Part shown: one piece after another, positions 30,231 through 39,765 of the stretch | How positions within the stretch are numbered: position 1 is the stretch's first letter | Layout: every line of letters starts with the position of its first letter | Source of the DNA: an uncultured bacterium | GTDB lineage: Bacteria > Patescibacteriota > Minisyncoccia > Phycocordibacterales > CAIZLB01 | Length of the DNA stretch: 64,000 bases | Reading direction: 5' to 3' | Assembly: GCA_903936565.1 (NCBI GenBank) | Contig: CAIZVZ010000001.1 | Coordinates: 95,905-159,904, forward strand | Program-made: the position numbers and the translations under genes | The notes under the pieces: model-generated | What the model saw: the letters and a program-made list of their open reading frames with translations, nothing else | Databases searched by the model: none | What the model was told of the DNA's origin: nothing

Positions 30231-30370
30231 TGGCCGAAATCAGCTGATTTCAGCACGTTTTTCACGTCTAATAAACTATGGCCAAAATCTGCTAATTTTG
30301 GCACAATTTTTACGCCTAAAAATCTGTCGAAATCTGGTGATTTCGACACGATTTGCACGCTTGCAAATCG
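30231..30370. repeat. Three tandem units (48/45-bp period) built from palindromes
   Basis: 22-bp cores at 30233, 30281, 30326: GCCGAAATC-AGCT-GATTTCAGC, GCCAAAATC-TGCT-AATTTTGGC, GTCGAAATC-TGGT-GATTTCGAC; plus CGATTTGCA-CGCT-TGCAAATCG at 30349. Confidence 0.9.
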
Positions 30371-30409
30371 CCTATTGAAAAAAACCCAATTTTCTGCGAT
30401 GATTTAGGT

Positions 30410-32452
30410 GTGTATATTCTAACCGTTCACCCAATTCAGAGATCTAGTTTCAAAGAAACCCTAACCTATTGGGCTCCTCATAATTTCTCGGCTGGTTCAA
30501 TAATCTACGTTCCATTTAGAAATAAAAATATATTAGCGCTTGTTGAAAGTTGCATGAATGCAACGGAATCAAAAGCCGATATAAAAAATGCAGATTTCAT
30601 AGCAAGAAAAATCGAATCAAAAAAAACAATCACTGCTGTCTCCCCTTCTCTTATCAAAGCATGCCAAGCTGTTTCAAAAGAATTTGCATATCCGATTGGT
30701 TCGATCATAAAGACTATTATTCCAGAATGTGCATTAACTTATGCTGAGGAGGCTATTAGCAAAAAAACAAAAAGCTCTGTTGAAAAGGAATCTGAAACAA
30801 AGAATACTACCAAAGACAATGAGAGCGACGGAGGCACTAGTTCTAGTATAAGAATCGGAGGAATAGCTATGGATGAGGATGACGACGACGGCTTCACTGG
30901 ACAGCCATCTTCTCGCGACATCTTCGTCTTTCAAACAAACACAACCGACAGATACGGTACATACAAAAGTATCATTCGCGAAGAATTCGCAAAGAGAAAA
31001 TCCGTCATCATTATCGCCCCAACAGTAAATTCAGCGGAAGAAATTTACGAGGAACTTTCTCGTGGAATCAGTGACTACGCTTACCTACTTCACGGCGGGA
31101 TAAATAAAAAGAAGCAAGTAGAGATTTGGGGAAAGGCACTAAACGAACCACACACTATCGCCCTAATCACAACACCATCTTTTGTTGGTCTTCCAAGAGA
31201 AGATATTGCAACGATTGTTGTTGAGAGAGAATCATCAAGAAGCTACATCACAATGTTTAAGCCACTTTTTGACTATAGATACCTATTCCAAAAGTGGTCA
31301 AAAGAATTGAAAGCTCGCCTAATTTATGGGGACATACTTTTGCGAGTAGAAACCTTATACAGAAGAGAGCGAGGAGAAGTCTTTGATTTCTTCCCCATTT
31401 CAATGCGAATAGAAAAGCGTCCCAACACCATTGTCGTAGACATGTCCGAGCCAATTCGAAAAGAAAAGGCGAAGAAGGAAAAAGATAAAATACATTCAAA
31501 GAATAACTTAATTTATTCTGAAGAATTAGAATCTCAAGTTGAATACGCCGGCAAGAAAAAAGAAAAAATCATAATCTTTACCGCACGTCGAGGGCTTGCT
31601 CCGCAAACTGTTTGTGGAGATTGTGGAACAACAGTTACCTGCTCCGTTTGTGAGGCGCCCGTTGTTTTGCATAATTCAAAAGTGGAAAGCAAAAGATACT
31701 TCCTGTGTCATCATTGTGGACGAGAGAGAACTGCACTTGAAGGTTGTAAAAATTGCACAAGCTGGAAATTAATAACTCTCGGCATCGGATCTGACACAAT
31801 ATATGAAGAAACAAAAAAACGTTTTCCCAACAGACCAATCTATAGACTAGACCGAGATACAGCAAGCACAGATAAGCAAGCAAGAGATATCGCCAAAAAA
31901 TTCCACGAGAGTTCTGATGGAATTTTAGTCGGAACAGAATTTTCTTTAAATTATTTAAAGCCTATAAAGCATGTGGCCATCGCATCGATGGATAGTCTAT
32001 TCTCTCTCCCCGACTTCCGAATCAATGAAAGAATTTGCCACATACTTCTTCAAGCCCAAACTCTGGCGGAAGAATATTTATTAATTCAATCAAGAAACGC
32101 CACTCACCCGCTTTTGGGATATATTCAAAGTGGAAATTTGAACGATTTCTACAAGTCAGAAATTGCAGACAGAAAGGCTCTCTCCTACCCACCATTTGCA
32201 ACTTTCATTAAAATCACAATCGAAGCCGATAAAGGAACCGCAGCGAAGGAGATGGGTAAGCTACAAGTATGGCTTGAGAAGTGGAATCCGGTAATCTTCC
32301 CCGCCTTTATTCCTTCAGTAGGAGGCCGCTCCATTTTACATATGTTAATTTCAATGTCGCCAAAGCTCTGGCCTGACGAGGAATTACGAGATATTTTAAC
32401 GAACCTTCCTCCTGAATTTACGGTTAGTGTACATCCGGAGAGTTTGTTATAA
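30410..32452 (+). CDS. priA: Primosomal protein N' (PriA), degenerate helicase motifs
   Basis: LTY..GSIIYVPFRNK 3'-binding domain; RRG; four CxxC pairs; GIGS; ILVGT; PDFR.NE; YPPF; GTG 30410 preferred. Confidence 0.92.
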   Translation: MYILTVHPIQRSSFKETLTYWAPHNFSAGSIIYVPFRNKNILALVESCMNATESKADIKNADFIARKIESKKTITAVSPSLIKACQAVSKEFAYPIGSIIKTIIPECALTYAEEAISKKTKSSVEKESETKNTTKDNESDGGTSSSIRIGGIAMDEDDDDGFTGQPSSRDIFVFQTNTTDRYGTYKSIIREEFAKRKSVIIIAPTVNSAEEIYEELSRGISDYAYLLHGGINKKKQVEIWGKALNEPHTIALITTPSFVGLPREDIATIVVERESSRSYITMFKPLFDYRYLFQKWSKELKARLIYGDILLRVETLYRRERGEVFDFFPISMRIEKRPNTIVVDMSEPIRKEKAKKEKDKIHSKNNLIYSEELESQVEYAGKKKEKIIIFTARRGLAPQTVCGDCGTTVTCSVCEAPVVLHNSKVESKRYFLCHHCGRERTALEGCKNCTSWKLITLGIGSDTIYEETKKRFPNRPIYRLDRDTASTDKQARDIAKKFHESSDGILVGTEFSLNYLKPIKHVAIASMDSLFSLPDFRINERICHILLQAQTLAEEYLLIQSRNATHPLLGYIQSGNLNDFYKSEIADRKALSYPPFATFIKITIEADKGTAAKEMGKLQVWLEKWNPVIFPAFIPSVGGRSILHMLISMSPKLWPDEELRDILTNLPPEFTVSVHPESLL

Positions 32453-32490
32453 TATAGATAAATTATAAATTAAGTACGGCTTACAAAAAC

Positions 32491-33624
32491 ATGAGCAGAA
32501 ATTTAAAAATAGCTATAGGTGCAATTATTATAATAGCTTTGATAATCATAATATCCACCAATCAAAAACCAAAAGTTACAGGGCCAATTTTAGTTGGAGT
32601 CATAGCCCCGATGTCTGGTCCTGGCGCTTCACTTGGTGAATTCGCAAAAAATACTGTCGATATGACAGTTGAAAAGATCAATAAAGAAGGTGGTGTTAAT
32701 GGACAACCAATACAATTAGTTTATGAGGATGACCAATGTGATCCTGCAAAATCAGTTAGTGCAATGCAAAAACTTATAAACGTAGATCGGGTAAAAATTG
32801 TACTCGAAACAACATGTAGCAGTGGAGTAATTTCGTCAGTTCCGATTGCTACACAAAATGGTGTTTTTGTCTTTTCGTCTTTTGCTACAAGTGGTAATTT
32901 GAAAAATGTAAGCCCACTATTCGCAAGAACAATTCCAAGTGAAGTTGGGTTAAGTGAAGCTCTTGCTAATTACACTATTTCAAAAGGTTGGAAGAATATT
33001 GCAATAATTCAGGAAAGCTCAGAATACTCAGAAGCCATGTCCTTGATATTCGAGTCCATTCTAGCAAAAAATAACGTTCAAATCACAAAAGAAAAATTCG
33101 ATACCAAAAGCACAGACCTTCGAACTCCCTTAACAAAACTAAAAGCAACAAACCCTGATGCTATATTTTTAATACCAGCAACACCTGCAGCAGGAGAGAT
33201 TATATTAAGTAATCTAAGAGCGATGAATTGGAAGGTCCAAATGATTGGTAATCCGCTATTCACAGTTGGCACAGAAGTGTTCGCAAAAAACAAAGATCTT
33301 CTTGAGGGCGTTGTTATCGCTGAGCAAAAGGCAGGACCAGATACACCAGAATATCTTGCATTTAAAAATGAGTACAAGACTAAGTTCGGTAAATCATTTC
33401 CATATGAATCATATGCTCAAGCCACAAGAGATATGCTTTACATCTTAAAAGACGGACTTAAGAAGTATGGAAATGACCCACAAAAGATTTCGGCATGGGT
33501 TCGAACAACAAAGGATTATCCAGGTTTCTCTGGATCCCTAACAATTGGCTCGGACGGAGACAGGGAGGGTGGACATGTTATAAAGATAGTTAAGGATGGC
33601 AAGGCAGAGATTCAGAATAATTAA
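32491..33624 (+). CDS. LivJ/LivK-like ABC substrate-binding protein (stand-alone copy)
   Basis: N-terminal TM anchor; VGVIAPMSGP, INKEGGVNG, EDDQCDP, CSS, ATS, YPGFSG. Confidence 0.92.
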   Translation: MSRNLKIAIGAIIIIALIIIISTNQKPKVTGPILVGVIAPMSGPGASLGEFAKNTVDMTVEKINKEGGVNGQPIQLVYEDDQCDPAKSVSAMQKLINVDRVKIVLETTCSSGVISSVPIATQNGVFVFSSFATSGNLKNVSPLFARTIPSEVGLSEALANYTISKGWKNIAIIQESSEYSEAMSLIFESILAKNNVQITKEKFDTKSTDLRTPLTKLKATNPDAIFLIPATPAAGEIILSNLRAMNWKVQMIGNPLFTVGTEVFAKNKDLLEGVVIAEQKAGPDTPEYLAFKNEYKTKFGKSFPYESYAQATRDMLYILKDGLKKYGNDPQKISAWVRTTKDYPGFSGSLTIGSDGDREGGHVIKIVKDGKAEIQNN

Positions 33625-33648
33625 AATCTCGATCAATATTAATATCCG

Positions 33649-33682
33649 AAACAAGACATCCCAATCGATGTCTTGTTTTTTT
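33649..33682 (+). terminator. Intrinsic terminator after the stand-alone SBP
   Basis: AAACAAGACATC-N6-GATGTCTTGTTTTTTT. Confidence 0.85.
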
Positions 33683-33734
33683 GGATGGAAAGCGCCCTAA
33701 TTTCAAAAATTCTTGAATATGCTACAATACCCAT

Positions 33735-34337
33735 ATGCAAAAGTTTACCCACTTTAAGCCTGAAAATAAGATTGTAACAGAGGATCATCCGGCACTCCGA
33801 ATGGCCTCAATTGAAATTCCTAAAGATGAAATCAAGGGTGAATATGTTCAAAACTTGATTTCTCATATGAGTAAAATGCTAGCACAACAGATTGATGGAG
33901 TTGGTCTGGCGGCACCTCAGGTGGGTGTTCCCCTTCAACTCTTCATGGTATCAGGAAAAGTATTTTTGAATGACGATGACCGAGATGCACTGATGGAAGC
34001 CGAGAAAAATAAGAAGAAGCACAAAATAATTATTCCCCCGGATCTAGTCTGTATTAATCCACAAATAATAAAAACCTCAAAAGATAAAAAATGGATGAAC
34101 GGCGAAGGATGTCTATCGGTTCGGTGGTTCTATGGAAAAGTGCAACGTTCACTTAGAGTTACAATAAAAGCATTAGATAGAGAAGGAAATTCTTTCACAC
34201 GTGGAGCAAGCGGATTACTTTCTCACATCTTCCAACATGAAGTAGACCACCTAAATGGAATTCTTTTTATCGATAAAGCAAAAGACGTCAGAGAATATGA
34301 GCCCGAGGAAGTCTTTAGCCAAGAGGACGAAAAATAA
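33735..34337 (+). CDS. def: Peptide deformylase
   Basis: GVGLAAPQVG, EGCLSV, QHEVDHLNG. Confidence 0.98.
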   Translation: MQKFTHFKPENKIVTEDHPALRMASIEIPKDEIKGEYVQNLISHMSKMLAQQIDGVGLAAPQVGVPLQLFMVSGKVFLNDDDRDALMEAEKNKKKHKIIIPPDLVCINPQIIKTSKDKKWMNGEGCLSVRWFYGKVQRSLRVTIKALDREGNSFTRGASGLLSHIFQHEVDHLNGILFIDKAKDVREYEPEEVFSQEDEK

Positions 34338-34356
34338 AAGCTAAACCTAATAAACC

Positions 34357-35295
34357 ATGACAAACCAAGAACAAAAACCATCACACTATCCATTATATTT
34401 TTTCGGATCATCCCTGATGTCAGTTAAGGTATTGAACGCGCTTCGTAATTACGGAATCACACCTAACGTAATAATTACCGTTCCAGATAAACCACAAGGA
34501 AGAAAATTAGAATTAACTCCAAACCCAACAAAAATTTGGGCGCAAGATCATCATATCCCCTGTCTTGAATTTGCAAAGTTGAACGATGATGCATATCAGG
34601 AAATTAAAACACAGTCAAAAGAGCAACCAAAGATTTTTATCGTTGCCTCTTACGGAAAAATAATTCCTGAAAGATTCCTAGAAATCCCAGAGTTTGGAGC
34701 ACTAAATATTCACCCTTCCAAACTTCCAGAACTGCGCGGTGCTGCCCCACTTCAATTCACAATACTTAATGATCAAAACAAAACTGCAGTTACAATTATT
34801 AAAATGGATAAGGATATGGACCACGGACCAATCTTTGCACAGGACAATGTTGATATTGCGGAAATTGCAAAGTGGCCAACAGGATACTCTGAACTAGAAT
34901 TAATTACAGCCAATATCGGGGCCCGTTTAATTGCAGAAAATATTGACGACTATATTGCAGGTGATTTAAAACTTAAGGAGCAAAAGCACGAATCGGCTAC
35001 ATTCACAAAAAAAATCACAAAAGAAGACGGCCTAATTAATCCGTGGCTTTCAAAACCAGAGGAACAAAGAAAGAACATTCTAAAAATCAGAGCTTTTGAG
35101 GAATGGCCTGGAACATACTTCTTTGCTGATAAAATGATTAAGGGAGAAAATAAAAAGATTAGAGTGGTAATAAAGGAGGCGTTTTGGCATGAAAACAATG
35201 AAGCTGGACATCAATTACAAATTACTCGCGTAATTCCCGAAGGGGGAGGTATGATGATGTGGGACTCATTCTTGCAGAGTATTGGGAGGAAATAA
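34357..35295 (+). CDS. fmt: Methionyl-tRNA formyltransferase
   Basis: PDKPQGR, VASYGKI, NIHPSKLP.LRGAAP, MDHGP, WPG. Confidence 0.96.
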   Translation: MTNQEQKPSHYPLYFFGSSLMSVKVLNALRNYGITPNVIITVPDKPQGRKLELTPNPTKIWAQDHHIPCLEFAKLNDDAYQEIKTQSKEQPKIFIVASYGKIIPERFLEIPEFGALNIHPSKLPELRGAAPLQFTILNDQNKTAVTIIKMDKDMDHGPIFAQDNVDIAEIAKWPTGYSELELITANIGARLIAENIDDYIAGDLKLKEQKHESATFTKKITKEDGLINPWLSKPEEQRKNILKIRAFEEWPGTYFFADKMIKGENKKIRVVIKEAFWHENNEAGHQLQITRVIPEGGGMMMWDSFLQSIGRK

Positions 35296-36057
35296 TTATT
35301 TCTCGATAAAAAACATTCTCACCAATTGTTCAAAAGTAAATATTCCATCAACTAAATATTGATCAACAGCCTCCTCGTTAAGTCTTATATACTCCTCTTT
35401 TTGTTTATCGTCCAATAAATTAAACGTGGAATGCGATTGAACATAACCAAGTATCTCTTCCTTTGTATACGTGTCTTCAAAAGCAAATTCCTCTTTTTTA
35501 ACATTACTGAACCCCACCCTTGTAAATATTTCCTCTGTGATTGGCTCTCTGCTTGCTTTTGGAATAATTGAAATTAATTTTATAAGATTATCATAGGCAA
35601 ATTGTGGTAAATAATTTCTAGACTTGCTTATATCCATTCTCCAAAATACGCACATCTTGCCGCTTGGTTTTAGTACTCGAAAAATCTCCTTTCCAGCTAA
35701 ATCAAAATCAAACCAATGATATGCTGTGGCTACTGTAACCAAATCAAATGATTCATTTTCAAAAGGAAGCTCTTCAGCTTTAGCGGAAATAAATTTTAAA
35801 TTTTTATTGTCATCTTTAGCAAAGTCTGTCATGGCAATCTCCCTGTCTGTACCTGTAATATTCTTGTAATATGACGATAAGTGTTTAGTAACAATACCAG
35901 TACCACAACCAATATCCAAGACTATCGCTTCCACGCTTGGGCAAAAATTATAAATTAATTTATAAGACTTTTCTGGATAATCTCGTCTATATTTTGCATA
36001 GGAATCAACTAATTTTGCAAAATTGTTTCTGATATTTTTATTTAAATTATCATTCAT
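35296..36057 (-). CDS. Class I SAM-dependent methyltransferase (Methyltransf_11-like)
   Basis: YAKYRRDYP, LDIGCGTG, AEELPF..FDLVTVATAYHWF, RVLKPSG; ATG 36057 lies 6 nt after TGgTATGAT. Confidence 0.9.
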   Translation of the reverse strand: MNDNLNKNIRNNFAKLVDSYAKYRRDYPEKSYKLIYNFCPSVEAIVLDIGCGTGIVTKHLSSYYKNITGTDREIAMTDFAKDDNKNLKFISAKAEELPFENESFDLVTVATAYHWFDFDLAGKEIFRVLKPSGKMCVFWRMDISKSRNYLPQFAYDNLIKLISIIPKASREPITEEIFTRVGFSNVKKEEFAFEDTYTKEEILGYVQSHSTFNLLDDKQKEEYIRLNEEAVDQYLVDGIFTFEQLVRMFFIEK

Positions 36058-36146
36058 GATTACATCATACCACATATTTCAACCTGAAAGCACCGCAAAA
36101 ATAATCTCGTATTTGACGAAAAATATTTATCTTTCTGGAAATTTTA

Positions 36147-36497
36147 TTACCCCCTCTTGAAAATATTCTTAATTTTCTGTGCACCTTTTCTAAATAAAGT
36201 AATTCTTTTATCTTTTTTATTGGATAAAATATTAAATAATTCTTCTTGTATTAAATCGATAGATGAATACATATTAGCCGATGTCCTCTCCACTCTATTC
36301 ATTTTTCCATGAATTAAAATATTAACCTCTGCTCTAAATATATCACCTGTCTTATGATGATTAGTAGTTTTCTCCAGCTCAACTTCAACTTTTGTATCAT
36401 CATTGATAAATTTCTCGACAGAAGATAGCTTTTTGTAAAGATAATCTTCGACTGATTCGGTTATATTGATATTTATACCTTTTGTGATGATTTTCAT
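36147..36497 (-). CDS. hpf: Ribosome hibernation promoting factor (HPF/RaiA)
   Basis: MKIITKGININIT..DYLYKKL, FRAEVNI, MYSSIDL. Confidence 0.9.
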   Translation of the reverse strand: MKIITKGININITESVEDYLYKKLSSVEKFINDDTKVEVELEKTTNHHKTGDIFRAEVNILIHGKMNRVERTSANMYSSIDLIQEELFNILSNKKDKRITLFRKGAQKIKNIFKRG

Positions 36498-36526
36498 ATT
36501 TTTGTCGATTAGCTGATAACCCCTCT

Positions 36527-36585
36527 ATTATACCACCCAGTAGGTGATTCTCCAAAATCATCGTTTGGATGATTCTCCAAAATCA
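36527..36585. repeat. Second copy of the 3948 repeat plus an exact 16-bp tandem duplication
   Basis: TGATTCTCCAAAATCA at 36545 and 36570; overlaps the hpf -10 (TGgTATAAT on the minus strand). Confidence 0.85.
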
Positions 36586-36636
36586 ACCACACCCAATTAG
36601 TGCGCAAATTTAAGCAATAAAAAAAGCCCCGCAGTC

Positions 36637-36678
36637 CTCAGCTCATCTCGATCCCGTAGAGGGTTGAGATGAGCTGAG
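36637..36678 (-). terminator. Long hairpin downstream of ORFan
   Basis: CTCAGCTCATCTC-N16-GAGATGAGCTGAG with a T-run further downstream on the minus strand. Confidence 0.65.
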
Positions 36679-36694
36679 ACGCAAGGGTACGATT

Positions 36695-37084
36695 TCAGAT
36701 TACTGACAGTGGGGCTGGTGGGGACTCAAAGGTGCGAATTCGGCAATTAGGACATCCGACCCTAAAAATCTGAAGTCTTGAACCAACGTGTTTCAAGTCA
36801 TCGATTTCACAGATTTGCCACTTTTCACCATCAAGAAGGAAACACCCACTGTCTGTGTACTTCAAGATAGAACTCCGGATTGCGGGAGTAACTCGAGGAA
36901 GGTCCGATGATGGAGTTGTCTTTCCAGACCCCCTTCTCTTAGCTGCATCGTCAAAATCTGCCATTTTGATGAGTGAGATTATCGCAGCAGACAGACATCT
37001 GGAGATCTCTTTTTCCTTTTGATATCGCCCTAGACGATCTTCAAGACGGGATCTCTGCAAACTTATTTTCAACTGAGCTAGCAT
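36695..37084 (-). CDS. Hypothetical protein with C-terminal CPNC (ORFan)
   Basis: A TTGACG-N17-TATAAA promoter lies inside the track ORF, so ATG 37084 (MLAQLK) is preferred. Confidence 0.5.
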   Translation of the reverse strand: MLAQLKISLQRSRLEDRLGRYQKEKEISRCLSAAIISLIKMADFDDAAKRRGSGKTTPSSDLPRVTPAIRSSILKYTDSGCFLLDGEKWQICEIDDLKHVGSRLQIFRVGCPNCRIRTFESPPAPLSVI

Positions 37085-37250
37085 GGATTCATGGTGGTTA
37101 GAATTAAGAACAAGGAACAAAAACAGCCCGCGTGGGCCAACTGACCAACCGTGGTCATATGTTTTTATAACATATACGATAATACACGTCAATACACAAC
37201 TCAGACACAAAAACAAGCTTACAATTCTCTTACCCACCCACTACCCCGCC

Positions 37251-37421
37251 CTATAAATTCTGACTAATCTTGAATCCAATATAAATTCCCAAGAATCCAC
37301 CCATTGCTGTTAATATCACAGAAGTAAAGGAGAAAAACGTATCACCCCAAAGTAACGGAACATACCCACCAAGAGTTGCTCCAATAATCATGAATATGTA
37401 AATTAAAGTTTTTCTACTCAT
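37251..37421 (-). CDS. Small 56-aa two-TM Gly-rich membrane protein (below the ORF-track cutoff)
   Basis: MSRKTLIYIFMIIGATLGGYVPLLWGDTFFSFTSVILTAMGGFLGIYIGFKISQNL; TGgTAGAAT 6 nt before ATG. Confidence 0.8.
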   Translation of the reverse strand: MSRKTLIYIFMIIGATLGGYVPLLWGDTFFSFTSVILTAMGGFLGIYIGFKISQNL

Positions 37422-37548
37422 GCGAATATTCTACCACACTTTAATGCGCTTTTTTACAATTTTTCCTTTGCCTTTGCGTACTTCGCATATATAATATCTA
37501 AACATTATTAATTAATAAATTTTAGGCAAGCAATTGCTACAATAAAAT

Positions 37549-38193
37549 ATGACACAGATATTAGACGCAATGAATTGGAGATATGCCACAAAAGCATTTG
37601 ACACAGAAAAGAAACTTAGCGACGAACAGGTCAGCGACCTTATTGATGCGACAAGTCTTTCAGCATCATCTTACGGGCTACAACCTTGGAAAATTATTGT
37701 GGTAAAAGACGAAGGTCTAAGATTACAAATCAAGGATGCTTCATGGGGTCAAACCCAGACAACAGATGCCTCACATTTATTAATTCTTGCAATAAAAAAG
37801 GAAGTTGACGAGACTTACGTTGATAAGTTCATTAACATAGTTTCCACAACTCGCGGAGTTGATGTTATAAATCTTGAGGGGTATAGTCAAATGATGAAGG
37901 GCGCCATCAAGACAAAAACAGAGAAAGGTGGAGTTGAGGCGGTAAAGGACTGGTCAGCAAAGCAAGCGTACATTGCGCTTGGAACACTCCTTACAGCATG
38001 TGCAATAGAAAAGATAGATGCATGTCCAATGGAAGGTTTTGATAGCAAGAAGGTGGATGAAATTCTAAGCTTAGCTACGCTTGGACTTGAATCCGTATTA
38101 ATGTGTCCAATTGGATACAGATCTTCAGCTGATGAATCTGCAAACTACAAAAAAGTTAGATTTGCAAAGGAAGAAATTGTTATTGAAAAATAA
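37549..38193 (+). CDS. NfsB-like NAD(P)H nitroreductase
   Basis: WRYATKAFD, SSYGLQPW, KQAYIALG, DACPMEGF, IGYRS, KKVRF. Confidence 0.93.
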   Translation: MTQILDAMNWRYATKAFDTEKKLSDEQVSDLIDATSLSASSYGLQPWKIIVVKDEGLRLQIKDASWGQTQTTDASHLLILAIKKEVDETYVDKFINIVSTTRGVDVINLEGYSQMMKGAIKTKTEKGGVEAVKDWSAKQAYIALGTLLTACAIEKIDACPMEGFDSKKVDEILSLATLGLESVLMCPIGYRSSADESANYKKVRFAKEEIVIEK

Positions 38194-38217
38194 TAAAGCC
38201 ATAATATATAAATAAAG

Positions 38218-38249
38218 TGAGCCCCGGGGATTGCATCCCACGGGGCTCA
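38218..38249. terminator. Hairpin between convergent genes
   Basis: TGAGCCCCG-GGGA..TCCC-A-CGGGGCTCA. Confidence 0.7.
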
Positions 38250-38266
38250 ATTGCTGTACCGTCATT

Positions 38267-38719
38267 TCAGACAATGTTGGCTGGTGACCTGACCCTGTTT
38301 TTGTATCTTTCATACATGTCTGTAGCGCAGAATGTAATAAGGATAGTGACGGCGAGTAGGGCCGGAACAAGGAGTATTGCTGCATAACGGAACTCAAAGA
38401 CGCGGTAACCCACTTTAGCAAAACCCATCGACCACAGAAGGAGCGAAGCTCCGTTCATGATGATGGGAAGGCAGAAGTAAGTCACAAAAACCCAGAAGAA
38501 CCAACCCCCGAGCATTCGCGTCCAACGAGACTTTCGTTGTAACTGCCCCCGCTCGATCATATGCACGACTACCAGGAACAATGCCGCAACTGGAGCGATT
38601 ACTTGAGTTAGTATGTAGTTTTCAAAGCCTCCATTTGCAAGGTACGTGTAAGGTGCCGAAATGATGCCGCCAACAATGAAGTAAGCAAGCGTCAAGATAA
38701 ACTTAATGGTGATATTCAT
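38267..38719 (-). CDS. Hypothetical four-TM membrane protein (ORFan)
   Basis: Four hydrophobic segments; AAGGAG SD 6 nt before ATG 38719. Confidence 0.7.
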   Translation of the reverse strand: MNITIKFILTLAYFIVGGIISAPYTYLANGGFENYILTQVIAPVAALFLVVVHMIERGQLQRKSRWTRMLGGWFFWVFVTYFCLPIIMNGASLLLWSMGFAKVGYRVFEFRYAAILLVPALLAVTILITFCATDMYERYKNRVRSPANIV

Positions 38720-38848
38720 GTGTGTCTCCTTCGATTTGTGTATGGTTGAGTGTTTGTACAATTGAACCGCTTAAGTTCAACACAAATACCATACCATACA
38801 CAGCACGTTTGTAAAGGTCTACTGAATTTATTTATCACCGCCACTTAA

Positions 38849-39724
38849 CTACCCCTTCTTCCCCATTATTCCTCCCGGCTTAAATATTAGAAACAGGATT
38901 AAGACACCAAACGCAATGGCGTCCTTCCATTCTCCAGAAATTTTCCAGATACCAAAGTTCTCAACAAACCCTAAAAAGAATGCTCCTAAGACTCCACCGT
39001 AAACATTTCCAACACCTCCAATAATTGAAGCAATAACTCCTTTCAGCAACAGATTCATTCCCATGGTTGGTTCAATTCCAGTATCAAATCCAATTGCAAT
39101 TCCCGCGACACCCGCAATCATTGATCCAATGAAAAAGACCTTGGCTATGATTTTATTCGCATTAATTCCGACAATCTTCGCAACCTCCACATCATCACTA
39201 ATCGCCTTCACAGCCTTTCCAAACTTAGTATATTTCATCGAAAGACCGAGTACCAACGTTATCAAAATTGCCGCAGCTAGAATAATGAGTTGAGTCTCAG
39301 TTATAATTCCACCAAAAATATTATAGACCTTTGACTCCCCAAAGTTTGTTGAGATTGTTTGGAATTGACTTGTAAAGATAATTGCAATGATCGCTTGAAG
39401 CGCAGTAAATAAGCCAAGCGACGCAACAAGCATCACCATTCCAGACGCTCGCTTTTCTCTCATTTTCAAAAAGACAAATTTCTCAGATAGATATCCAACA
39501 AATCCAGTAAATATTACCGCAATAATTATCGCCAACCAAATATCCATTCCATGATTCTTGGAAAGTGAAAAGACCGTGTAACCTGCAATTGTCGCAATAA
39601 CTCCATGATTGATATTGAAAAACTTGGTTGTGCCGAAAATTAAGTTGAATCCCAGCGCGACCAGTGAGTATATTGAACCTGCGATTATACTGTTGACGAT
39701 GAGTTGTGGAATTATTGAGTTCAT
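38849..39724 (-). CDS. livH: LIV-type (HAAT) ABC permease LivH
   Basis: GSIYSLVALGFNLIFG..NINHG, TKFGKAVKA, IIGGVGN..G, FKPGGIMG. Confidence 0.92.
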   Translation of the reverse strand: MNSIIPQLIVNSIIAGSIYSLVALGFNLIFGTTKFFNINHGVIATIAGYTVFSLSKNHGMDIWLAIIIAVIFTGFVGYLSEKFVFLKMREKRASGMVMLVASLGLFTALQAIIAIIFTSQFQTISTNFGESKVYNIFGGIITETQLIILAAAILITLVLGLSMKYTKFGKAVKAISDDVEVAKIVGINANKIIAKVFFIGSMIAGVAGIAIGFDTGIEPTMGMNLLLKGVIASIIGGVGNVYGGVLGAFFLGFVENFGIWKISGEWKDAIAFGVLILFLIFKPGGIMGKKG

Positions 39725-39765
39725 TTTGTTTTATTTTAATTTGTGTGTTCGCGTTTTTATCTGTT

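Noticed and set aside
30231-30370. Mini CRISPR array
   Set aside because: Repeats are degenerate, the spacers resemble each other and are palindromic, and there are no cas genes in the window
30198-30407. 69-aa repeat ORF as a real gene
   Set aside because: Its TTG start coincides with a TTGACG promoter-like word and its repeats mirror the DNA palindromes; not excluded but unsupported
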